Source of the DNA: Filomicrobium sp.
GTDB lineage: Bacteria > Pseudomonadota > Alphaproteobacteria > Rhizobiales > Hyphomicrobiaceae
DNA: 24,000 nt
Direction: 5' to 3'
Assembly (NCBI GenBank): GCA_017792465.1
Contig: CP051234.1
Span: 226,606 to 250,605 of the forward strand
Below the pieces are notes generated by a model. The model was not told the origin of the DNA. It was given only the letters and a program-made list of their open reading frames with translations, and searched no databases. Position numbers and translations under genes: made by a program. Numbering within the stretch: the stretch's first letter is position 1; each line of letters opens with the position of its first letter. Shown one piece after another: positions 8,525-15,667 of the stretch.

Positions 8525-9571
8525 TTAGTTCCCCCGGCGTTGGATGTTTTGCGCCAGTTCGCGCAGCGTGTCGGTGACGATCGCCTGCTGGGAGGCCTGT
8601 TCGTCGACCCACTCGCGAACGATCTTTTGTTCGGAGCGCATTTGATTGATGAGCTGACTGACGCCGCGCGCGAGATCCTTTACGGGCTCGGCGTTGCCAT
8701 CGCCTCCGCCGCCTGAGACAGATCCCGATTCAGCCAGCCTGGTATTGAGTTCGGCAAGAACGCGCTGGAGATCGTAGATCGTCGCGGCGAGCTGGCGGTT
8801 GACCGATTGATCGCTGGCGTCGGGGCTCAAGGAAATCTCGGTAATGCCTGAGAGCCATTCTTCCAATTCGTTATAGAAACGGTTGTGGGCGTGGCTTGCC
8901 TGCAGTTCGAGGAAGCCGAGGATCAGCGATCCGGCAAGACCCAGAAGCGACGAGGAAAACGCTGTGCCCATGCCTTGCATCGGCGCCGACAAACCGGCTT
9001 TCAAGTCGCCAAAGAGCTGGACGGTATCAGTCGCGTTGGTGTCGATCGAGCCGACGACGTTGCCGACGGCCTTGATGGTTTCAAGCAGCCCCCAGAAGGT
9101 GCCGAGCAGGCCGAGAAAGACGAGCAGGCCGACGAGGTAGCGGCCGGTGTCGCGGGCTTCGTCCAGGCGTGATGATAGCGAATCCATGATCGACGACATC
9201 GATGCCGTCGACAGCGAAATGGCGCCGGTTCTGTCGCGCAGCAGCGTCGCCATCGGCGCCAGAAGGCGGGGCTGGTGGGCGATTGCGAGGCCCGGGTCGG
9301 CTATGCGGAAAGCGTTGACCCAGCGGATTTCAGGGTAAAGCCGCAAGACCTGGTTAAACGAATAAAGGATGCCGAAGAACAAAACGGCGATGATCAGGCC
9401 GTTCAGGGCCGGGTTATTGGCGATGGCCTCAAGCAGCGGCTTGTGGAGAATCGCAACGATAAATCCAACGAGGATCAGGAAGATCAGCATGCGCGCGAGA
9501 AATAGTCCCGGCGCGGTCAAGGTCCGGTGGAGCGATCCCCCGGTGGGTTCGCTTCTACGTCTTCTTGCCAT
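8525..9571 (-). CDS. MotA/TolQ/ExbB-family proton-channel protein with an extended helical C-terminal tail
   Basis: There are four predicted TM helices: LFLARMLIFLILVGFIVAIL, LNGLIIAVLFFGILYSF, YLVGLLVFLGLLGTFWGLLETI and GMGTAFSSSLLGLAGSLILGFL. The last two carry the MotA_ExbB-type G..GT..G and TAF/T..GL motifs. About 115 aa follow TM4, with two helical stretches split by SGSVSGGGGDG. A GGAGG SD lies upstream of ATG 9571. The stop TAA lies 3 nt before the motB-like ATG (AAC TAA TAG ATG). Confidence 0.85.
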   Translation of the reverse strand: MARRRRSEPTGGSLHRTLTAPGLFLARMLIFLILVGFIVAILHKPLLEAIANNPALNGLIIAVLFFGILYSFNQVLRLYPEIRWVNAFRIADPGLAIAHQPRLLAPMATLLRDRTGAISLSTASMSSIMDSLSSRLDEARDTGRYLVGLLVFLGLLGTFWGLLETIKAVGNVVGSIDTNATDTVQLFGDLKAGLSAPMQGMGTAFSSSLLGLAGSLILGFLELQASHAHNRFYNELEEWLSGITEISLSPDASDQSVNRQLAATIYDLQRVLAELNTRLAESGSVSGGGGDGNAEPVKDLARGVSQLINQMRSEQKIVREWVDEQASQQAIVTDTLRELAQNIQRRGN

Positions 9572-9747
9572 CCAAAGGCCTCCAACGGTGTCGGCAACGC
9601 CTGCACTGCGTCTCTTCTAGCTGAACCTTTATACGGCGGAAACCGGCAACATCGTGCTTTCCAGGCCTCATTTGGCGAGGAATATTTACTACGGCAGCAT
9701 TGGAGGATGGCGAATTTGCGGGCTTCAGGGCTGTTCCGCAGGGAACA

Positions 9748-10548
9748 TCAACCCGCGTCGGTTCCCTTCAGCTTCTGCAAAAGGCTCTTATGAATCTGCT
9801 TGTTGGCGACCAGGATGTTGCCCGTCTCAAGCATGTCGTCGCCGCCTTCGAGGTCGGAAACGTGGCCGCCGGCTTCGCGCACGAGAACGATGCCTGCCGC
9901 CAGATCCCAGGGTTTCAGATTGCGTTCCCAGAAGGCGTCGAATCGGCCAGCTGCCGCCCAGGCGAGGTCGATAGCAGCCGAGCCGGTGCGACGCAGGCCG
10001 GCGACGGTGCTCATCATCGATCTCAGTTCTTTGTGGAAGAGATCGTGGTTGGGGCGCCCGCGATGGGGAATTCCGGTTGCGATGACACACTCACCGGGAT
10101 CGCGGCGTCCGGCGACGCGCAAACGGCGGCGATCGTTGAGGAAGGCGCCTTTGCCTTTTTCGGCGGTATAGAGTTCGTCGAAGATTGGATTGTAGACGAC
10201 GCCGGCAACCAGTTCGCCTTCGCGTTCCAATCCGATCGAGATGGCAAAGATCGGGATCGAGTGCATGAAGTTGGTGGTGCCGTCCAAAGGATCGACGATC
10301 CAGCGGTGGGACTTATCCGTGCCTGGGACTTCGCCGCGCTCTTCCATCAAGAAGCCGTAGCCATCGCGGGCCTTGGAAAGCTCCTTGTAGATAATTTCTT
10401 CAGCGCGCAGGTCGGCGGCGGTGACGAAGTTGGCGGGGCCTTTGACCGAGACCTGCAGGTTTTCGACTTCGCCGAAGTCACGCGCGAGGCTGCGGCCGGC
10501 TTTTCGGGCTGCTGCAACCATGACGTTGATGAGGGGCGAGGCTGACAT
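9748..10548 (-). CDS. suhB: Inositol monophosphatase family protein (SuhB-like)
   Basis: The IMPase motifs are present: FLMEERG, WIVDPLDGTTNF and the C-terminal WDLAAG. The length of 266 aa is typical for SuhB. Confidence 0.9.
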   Translation of the reverse strand: MSASPLINVMVAAARKAGRSLARDFGEVENLQVSVKGPANFVTAADLRAEEIIYKELSKARDGYGFLMEERGEVPGTDKSHRWIVDPLDGTTNFMHSIPIFAISIGLEREGELVAGVVYNPIFDELYTAEKGKGAFLNDRRRLRVAGRRDPGECVIATGIPHRGRPNHDLFHKELRSMMSTVAGLRRTGSAAIDLAWAAAGRFDAFWERNLKPWDLAAGIVLVREAGGHVSDLEGGDDMLETGNILVANKQIHKSLLQKLKGTDAG

Positions 10549-10735
10549 GGGCTAATTTTTCCGGAAAACTCGATTGTGAGAGGCGCCAGTTGCGCACTGT
10601 CTGTTTCGCGCGTGCGAAATCGCTGGCACAGCGGGTAGACCGGATAGGCAGCGTTGGCAAGCGGTTGACACGGCGTTGGTGCCTTTCACCGCAGGAGGGT
10701 TAAGGCTTTTCGCGGCCAACGTTGGATGCCGTGCC

Positions 10736-11803
10736 TCACGGCCCGAGCGGGTTCACCTGGCGTTTTTCCTGCCAATTGGTCGCCAGTTGCTGCGCCTTCA
10801 AGAGCTCTTTCTTCGGCAATTCGGAGATTTTTTTATCCAGGGCGTCGTCCGGGATGCCGTTGGCCTTGGCGATGATGCGCCATTTGGCCATTTCGGTTTT
10901 GTCGGCTGCGACGCCGACGCCTTCCAGGTAGACATAGGCGAGGCGGTTCTGGGCCCCGGCGACGCCTTTTTCTGCGGCTTCGCGCATGTAACCCAAGGCT
11001 TTGTGGACATCCTTCTTGAGCCCCATGCCTTTGAGCAGCATCACCGAATATTCGTATTGCGCGGCGGGCATTCCCTGCTCGGCAGCCAGACTGATCCAGC
11101 GGGCGGCTTCATAGGCATCCGGTTCGACGCCGACGCCCTTCTGGTAGAGCGCGCTGATGTCGTATTGGGCGGCTGCCAGGCCTTGTTCGGCGGCGTATTG
11201 GATGAGCTGTGCGGCGCGGGTTGGGTTCTCCGGCTTGCCGTCGCCTTTGAGAAACAGCAAGCCGAGGTTGTAACTGGCTTCCGGGTGGCCTTTACGGGCG
11301 GCCTGTTCGAACATTTGCGCTGCTGCGTTGAGGTCTTTTTTGACGCCGCGGCCTTCGGCTGCGATGAGGCCGAGGGCGAACATGGCGTTGATGTCACCAA
11401 GTTCTGCGCCGCGCGTGTACCATTTGGCGGCGGCGGCGAGGTCTTGGGGAACGCCGAAGCCTTCACCGTAGATGCGGCCGATGAGGGTATGCGCTGCCGG
11501 ATCGCCTTCGGCCGCGGCTTTCTCGGCAAGCTTCAAGGCGGTCAGGTATTTGCCCTGATCGAAGGCCTGGTATGCGGCGTTGTTTTGCGGCTGCTGGCCA
11601 TTGGCTTCTGCGTCAGCTTTGGTGCGTTTGGCGGTTTTGATGCGGCCTTTATTCGCCTTCGATTTCTTCGCTGGAGCGGGTTTTGATTTTGCCGGTGGGT
11701 CGGCGCGCTTGAACCAGCTGCTCGATTCAGCGGCGGCTGGCTGCAGGGGCGCGCTCGCAAATAGGGCGACGGCAATCAGGGGCGTGAGCTTTCTCAGCGG
11801 CAT
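10736..11803 (-). CDS. Secreted Sel1/TPR-like repeat protein
   Basis: The N-terminal signal peptide is MPLRKLTPLIAVALFASAPLQPAAA/ES. A Lys/Ala-rich spacer follows. After that come about 6-7 Sel1 repeats (e.g. G.GV..D...A..W...AAE.G...AQY.L..LY..G). An AAGGAG SD is present, and the gene begins 13 nt downstream of the preceding gene's stop. Confidence 0.85.
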   Translation of the reverse strand: MPLRKLTPLIAVALFASAPLQPAAAESSSWFKRADPPAKSKPAPAKKSKANKGRIKTAKRTKADAEANGQQPQNNAAYQAFDQGKYLTALKLAEKAAAEGDPAAHTLIGRIYGEGFGVPQDLAAAAKWYTRGAELGDINAMFALGLIAAEGRGVKKDLNAAAQMFEQAARKGHPEASYNLGLLFLKGDGKPENPTRAAQLIQYAAEQGLAAAQYDISALYQKGVGVEPDAYEAARWISLAAEQGMPAAQYEYSVMLLKGMGLKKDVHKALGYMREAAEKGVAGAQNRLAYVYLEGVGVAADKTEMAKWRIIAKANGIPDDALDKKISELPKKELLKAQQLATNWQEKRQVNPLGP

Positions 11804-11816
11804 CGCTTAGGGCTCC

Positions 11817-12539
11817 TTACCTTTTGGCTTCGGCCAACCGCGTGTTGGCGTTTTGCAGCCATTCCAGTTCATCCGCCGGGCTTACTCCTGCCGGCAGGTT
11901 CAAGCCGACAAAGTCGGCACCGATGGCGGCCAGTTCGCAGGCTTCGTCGAGGTCGTTGGCGAAAAGCGCCACGACGGGAGGCTCGAAGATTTCCGCCCAC
12001 CATGAGATGAGTTCATGCGGGTCATCCAAGCCAGGGTCGGCATCGTCGTCGTCTTCGCCGCGAACGGGTTTCGCGTGCGAAGGGCTGAATGCGATGTAAT
12101 CGGCGTTGTCGTCTCCGAGCGCCATGGCGTCGTGTCTTGAAATGCCGACGTCGACGCCGACGATGGCGGTTGGGCCGAGGGCTTGTCTGGCGGCTTTATA
12201 GCGGGCCTGGATGTCGTCGGCGATATCGCCATCGCGGTGCGAGAGGTGAACGCCATCGGCGGAAACCGCATCTGCCAGATCGACATCTTCGGCGATGAGG
12301 ACGGCGGTATCGTTATGCTGCAGGACGGCGACGAGCGGCTTTAACTGATCTGCTTTCGGCGGATTATCCGCATTCGGCTGCAAGATGACGGAAGAGACAT
12401 CGGTCTCGGCGACCAGACGACTGAGGCGCTCAGGCTCTGGCAACGAAGCGTTCAGCGACAGCAGGAGAATGACCCGTGCCGGCTCTGGGGCTTCTGCTAT
12501 TTTTTTCGACTTTCCGTTGGACATCTGGCCGTTGGACAT
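11817..12539 (-). CDS. ThiE/TenI-family (thiamine-phosphate synthase-like) protein, divergent, with an acidic insertion
   Basis: The 240-aa product has the general TMP-TENI barrel pattern (VILLLS...VSSVILQ...AVLIAEDVDLADAVSADGVHLS...GVDVG...A...ADYIAF.P....K...........ELISWWAEIFEPPVVAL...DLDEACELAAIGADFVGL). The assignment is from memory of alphaproteobacterial annotation, and the function is uncertain. No THI-box was seen upstream. Confidence 0.55.
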   Translation of the reverse strand: MSNGQMSNGKSKKIAEAPEPARVILLLSLNASLPEPERLSRLVAETDVSSVILQPNADNPPKADQLKPLVAVLQHNDTAVLIAEDVDLADAVSADGVHLSHRDGDIADDIQARYKAARQALGPTAIVGVDVGISRHDAMALGDDNADYIAFSPSHAKPVRGEDDDDADPGLDDPHELISWWAEIFEPPVVALFANDLDEACELAAIGADFVGLNLPAGVSPADELEWLQNANTRLAEAKR

Positions 12540-12724
12540 CTGGTGCCTGATTTTACGAGCCTGTGGTGACGGCGTGTGCCGCGCTTTGACTGGCTTTGAG
12601 CAGTTCTATCGCAAGGCAATCGCGGCAGAATAGCGGCGGTTGCCGGTCACGCGGCAATTTCTCCGAGGCTTTTGGGGCCGGGCTTCACAAGAAACGATCT
12701 TCACTGGACCTGATTTCGAGAGGT

Positions 12725-12766
12725 CCGAAAGACAAATCAGCGCGGGCCGTTTTCGCCCGCGCTGAT
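12725..12766 (-). terminator. Intrinsic terminator downstream of gap
   Basis: A perfect 12-bp inverted repeat, ATCAGCGCGGGC (12736-12747) and GCCCGCGCTGAT (12755-12766), surrounds a 7-nt loop. On the minus strand it is followed by TTGTCTTTCGG. It begins 30 nt downstream of the gap stop. Confidence 0.6.
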
Positions 12767-12795
12767 CAGTTGTCGTTTGCTTTTTACCCCAGCAA

Positions 12796-13803
12796 TCAGC
12801 CGAGCTTGGCCATTGCGACTGCGGTATCGGACATGCGGTTGGAGAAGCCCCATTCGTTGTCATACCAGGACAGAATGCGAACCAGGGTTCCGTCCATCAC
12901 CTTGGTCTGATCCATATGGAAGACGCTGGAGAACGGGCTGTGGTTGAAATCGCACGAAACGTTCGGGTCGTTCGTGTAGCCAAGAACGCCTTTCAGCGGG
13001 CCATCGGCTGCGGCCTTGATGGCGGCGTTGATTTCGTCGGCAGTCGTTTCGCGCTTGGCGACGAACTTGAAGTCAATGACCGAGACGTTCGGCGTCGGGA
13101 CGCGGATGGCAACGCCGTCGAGGCGGCCGCTCAGTTCCGGCAGAACGAGGCTGACGGCCTTTGCGGCGCCCGTTGAGGTCGGGATCATCGACAGCGCTGC
13201 GGCGCGGGCGCGGTAGAGATCCTTGTGCATGGTGTCGAGCGTCGGCTGGTCGCCGGTGTAAGAGTGGATCGTCGTCATGAAGCCTTTGTCGATGCCGACA
13301 AAGTCGTTCAGGACCTTGGCGACCGGCGCCAGGCAGTTGGTGGTGCAGGACGCGTTGGACACGACCTGATGGGCGGCCGTCAGTTTGTCGTGGTTGACGC
13401 CGTAGACGACCGTCAAGTCTGCGCCTTCGGCCGGAGCCGAGACGAGAACGCGCTTCGCGCCCGCCTGCTGGTGCAGAGCGGCTTTGTCGCGCTTGGTGAA
13501 GATGCCGGTGCATTCGAGCGCGATATCGACGCCCAGTTCTTTGTGCGGCAGTTCCTGCGGGTCGCGGATGGCCGTGACCTTGATCGGGCCGGTGCCGACG
13601 TCGATCATGTCGCCGGAGACTGTGACTTCGCCGGGGAAGCGGCCATGAACGGAATCGTAGCGCAGGAGGTGCGCGTTGGTTTCAACAGGACCGAGATCGT
13701 TGATGGCGACGACCTGGATGTCCTGACGGCCGCTTTCGGCGATGGCGCGCAGTACGTTGCGTCCAATACGTCCAAATCCGTTGATCGCGACTTTCACTGA
13801 CAC
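12796..13803 (-). CDS. gap: Glyceraldehyde-3-phosphate dehydrogenase, type I
   Basis: The track ORF runs to 13905. The real start is most likely GTG 13803 (MSVKVAINGFGRIGRNVLRAI...), with GGAAGGAG located 7 nt upstream. The catalytic motif SNASCTTNCLAP and the C-terminal WYDNEWGFSNR are present. Confidence 0.95.
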   Translation of the reverse strand: MSVKVAINGFGRIGRNVLRAIAESGRQDIQVVAINDLGPVETNAHLLRYDSVHGRFPGEVTVSGDMIDVGTGPIKVTAIRDPQELPHKELGVDIALECTGIFTKRDKAALHQQAGAKRVLVSAPAEGADLTVVYGVNHDKLTAAHQVVSNASCTTNCLAPVAKVLNDFVGIDKGFMTTIHSYTGDQPTLDTMHKDLYRARAAALSMIPTSTGAAKAVSLVLPELSGRLDGVAIRVPTPNVSVIDFKFVAKRETTADEINAAIKAAADGPLKGVLGYTNDPNVSCDFNHSPFSSVFHMDQTKVMDGTLVRILSWYDNEWGFSNRMSDTAVAMAKLG

Positions 13804-14258
13804 GTTCGGTCTCCTTCCTGTTGGCGAGCCAAGTTGCGGTTTTGGCTCAAGCTTGCGCCTGCTGGGCCTGCATGAATTTGTCTGCGGCGTCGTGAAACGC
13901 TGCATTCACATGTATTTTTCTACTTCTCCGAAGTGGCAAATAGTGGCCGGGGGCGGGGTGTGTCAATGTACCCTTAGGGATGTCGCTGTTTGCGAGCGGG
14001 ATGGTTCGTGCGTCGATTCAGCCCACAAGTTTCGAAACAGATGCGTTGGAAATCGTGATCTGCGAAGCGTTGACCGGGGTTTCAGGGCGCGCGTAGTTTT
14101 CCAGTTCCGATTTCAGCCGCTGCATTTTACGGGGTTCGGCGACATGCCCGCGTCAATAGGTGCCTTGGCTGTTCAAGGCTGCGAGCAATTATGAAATGCT
14201 TGGTCCGGTCATGGTTAACCGGCATCTTCATGGCATTGGTAAACAATTGGAATTTGAA

Positions 14259-14513
14259 ATGGCCACCAGGCAACCTCAAAAGGCCAAGCGCGCTGCCACT
14301 TCCAAAAAGGCTCAACCGACAGAGCTGAAGTCGGCGATGCAGCGTCTTGAAACGAAGGTCAAGCAGCTGCAGGCCGAACGCGATCAGCTTAAAAGCGATC
14401 TAAAAGTCGCCAAGGCGCGGATCGGCGAGTTGGAAGCGCAGCAGACCGAGGCTGTGAACCGAATTGATTGGGTGATTGATTCACTTCATAATCTTATTGA
14501 AGACAAAGGATGA
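14259..14513 (+). CDS. DUF4164-type coiled-coil protein (ZauP-like ZapA partner)
   Basis: The track ORF starts at 14160. ATG 14259 gives MATRQPQKAKRAATSKKAQPTELKSAMQRLETKVKQLQAERDQLKSDLKVAKARIGELEAQQTEAVNRIDWVIDSLHNLIEDKG, a short coiled coil. It sits immediately upstream of zapA, matching my recollection of Caulobacter zauP-zapA. Confidence 0.65.
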   Translation: MATRQPQKAKRAATSKKAQPTELKSAMQRLETKVKQLQAERDQLKSDLKVAKARIGELEAQQTEAVNRIDWVIDSLHNLIEDKG

Positions 14514-14540
14514 TTCGGGTCTGGCAACCAGAAGGCTCTC

Positions 14541-14768
14541 ATGGGGCAGGTGACGGCGAAGATCAACGGTCGCACGTATCGGTTTCAATGCCCTGAGGGG
14601 CAGGAAGACAGGCTGAAGCTTGTCGCCAGTTATCTTTCTGAAAAAGTCGATGAATTGATTGCCCAGTTCGGCCAGGTTGGCGAGGACCGGCTATTGGCGA
14701 TGGCGGCTATTTTGATTGCCGACGAACTCTTCGATGCGCGCGAAGCCGTCGAGAAGACGGGCCAGTAG
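14541..14768 (+). CDS. zapA: Cell division protein ZapA
   Basis: The product is MGQVTAKINGRTYRFQCPEGQEDRLKLVASYLSEKVDELIAQFGQVGEDRLLAMAAILIADELF, with the ZapA pattern (v.I.gr.Y...c..geE..L...A..l...........g..r.l.maaL..a.el). A GAAGG SD is present. Its position upstream of ssrS and the ygfA-like gene mirrors the E. coli order zapA-ssrS-ygfA. Confidence 0.75.
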   Translation: MGQVTAKINGRTYRFQCPEGQEDRLKLVASYLSEKVDELIAQFGQVGEDRLLAMAAILIADELFDAREAVEKTGQ

Positions 14769-14877
14769 GAGTTATCCTGCCGTTTAACTTCGTTTTCGGG
14801 CAAAGGTTTTATTGGGGAGCGTTCAGCTTTCTAGTAGGGATCTCTTTATTCCGCAGCGGCTCCATCTTAAATTAGAG

Positions 14878-15040
14878 CATGCTGCGGGGTGCGTTTGGGG
14901 CAACGAATCTCCAGGGCCTATAAGTTTTGCCAGGGAGCTGTCCCTGCCCAGGGTCGTGGCCTTGGGCACACGGCGCCCACCTATATTTGTAGGTGCCCGG
15001 CGAGATCAATACGCTCCGACGGCCTTCGCGGCACTTCACT
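14878..15040 (+). ncRNA. ssrS: 6S RNA (RNA polymerase-sequestering regulatory RNA); ends approximate
   Basis: The element sits in the 290-nt gap between zapA and the 5-formyl-THF cyclo-ligase gene, which is the classical ssrS locus. Hand folding gives a long interrupted closing helix. GCTGCGGGG (14881-14889) pairs with CTTCGCGGC (15024-15032). TTGGGGC (14895-14901) pairs with GCTCCGA (15013-15019). ATCTC (14907-14911) pairs with GAGAT (15002-15006). Inside the helix is an internal open region with a 3'-side hairpin CACCTA-TATTTG-TAGGTG (14978-14995) and an apical GC-rich arm (TGCCAGGG...CCTTGGGCA). A possible -10 TAAATT (14868-14873) lies about 7 nt before the predicted 5' end. There is no terminator before the next gene, consistent with co-transcription and processing as in E. 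coli. Confidence 0.6.
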
Positions 15041-15059
15041 ATCGCCTGTTGGGACATCG

Positions 15060-15644
15060 ATGACTTTGGACGCTGATAAGAAGGCTTTGCGCGTTGAAGC
15101 CAGAACGCGCCGGCTGATGGCGTTTATGCGCAATGGCGCGGGAGCAGGCGACAAGCTCGCAGCACACGGGATCGGATTTAGCGGCGCGACGGCGCCGATG
15201 ATCGTGTCGGGCTTTTCTTCGATTGGCGATGAATTGGACGTGCGTCCGTTGATGCAGGCGCTGCATGAGCAAGGCTTCAAGCTGGCGCTGCCTGTGATCA
15301 AGGCCAAAGGCGAGCCGCTTATCATGCGCTCATGGGCGCCGGGCGAGGCGTTGGAAAAGCGCACGTGGGGGATCGAAGAACCGCTCGATTCTGCCCCTGA
15401 AGTGCTGCCCGATGTCGTGCTGGTGCCGCTGCTGGCCTTTGACGACGACGGCTACCGGCTTGGTTATGGCGGCGGGTTTTATGACCGCACTCTGGAAAAG
15501 CTGAGATCCCTCAAGCCGATTATCGCTATTGCGGTTGCCTTCGACGAGCAGCGGGTCGACGCCGTGCCCCGGGAGGGGTATGACCAACCCTGCGACTGGA
15601 TTCTCACTCCTTCAGGGTTCAGGCGCTGTACGTCAGCAAAATGA
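15060..15644 (+). CDS. ygfA: 5-formyltetrahydrofolate cyclo-ligase
   Basis: The track ORF starts at 14889, which would overlap the 6S RNA. ATG 15060 (MTLDADKKALRVEARTRR...) gives 194 aa, the typical size. The C-terminal motif is VLVPLLAFDDDGYRLGYGGGFYDRTL. Confidence 0.85.
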   Translation: MTLDADKKALRVEARTRRLMAFMRNGAGAGDKLAAHGIGFSGATAPMIVSGFSSIGDELDVRPLMQALHEQGFKLALPVIKAKGEPLIMRSWAPGEALEKRTWGIEEPLDSAPEVLPDVVLVPLLAFDDDGYRLGYGGGFYDRTLEKLRSLKPIIAIAVAFDEQRVDAVPREGYDQPCDWILTPSGFRRCTSAK

Positions 15645-15667
15645 TCTAAAAAGAACGCCCTAGCGAT

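Noticed and set aside
7493-9571. The possibility that the MotA/MotB-like pair is a Zorya-type anti-phage system.
   Set aside because: As I recall it, ZorA is roughly twice as long with a very long C-terminal tail, and Zorya operons carry zorC/zorD or zorE-type effector genes. None is adjacent here. The flanks are housekeeping genes (suhB, phaZ) with no island hallmarks. I kept the pair as an orphan stator of unknown output, not a defence call.
9700-10545. A 281-aa ORF on the plus strand.
   Set aside because: It is antisense to suhB, which carries intact IMPase motifs. This is a shadow ORF.
10676-11686. A 336-aa ORF on the plus strand.
   Set aside because: It is antisense to the Sel1-repeat gene, which has a signal peptide, an SD and clear repeat periodicity. 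The plus-strand product is low-complexity (F/G/A/V-rich) with no motifs.
12540-12795. A TPP (THI-box) riboswitch upstream of the ThiE-like gene.
   Set aside because: Reading the minus strand, I could not find the conserved CTGAGA core or the pyrophosphate-sensor arm. The region is occupied by the gap terminator and a second simple hairpin. A covariance-model scan would be decisive.
13742-14194. A 150-aa plus-strand ORF in the gap/zauP-like spacer.
   Set aside because: It starts inside the gap coding region on the opposite strand, is Cys/Arg/Gly-rich, and has no SD or motif. It is most likely non-coding promoter DNA.
14812-15063. An 83-aa ORF and the 5' extension (14889-15059) of the cyclo-ligase ORF.
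   Set aside because: Both run through the segment that folds as 6S RNA. The cyclo-ligase has a normal-length product from ATG 15060.
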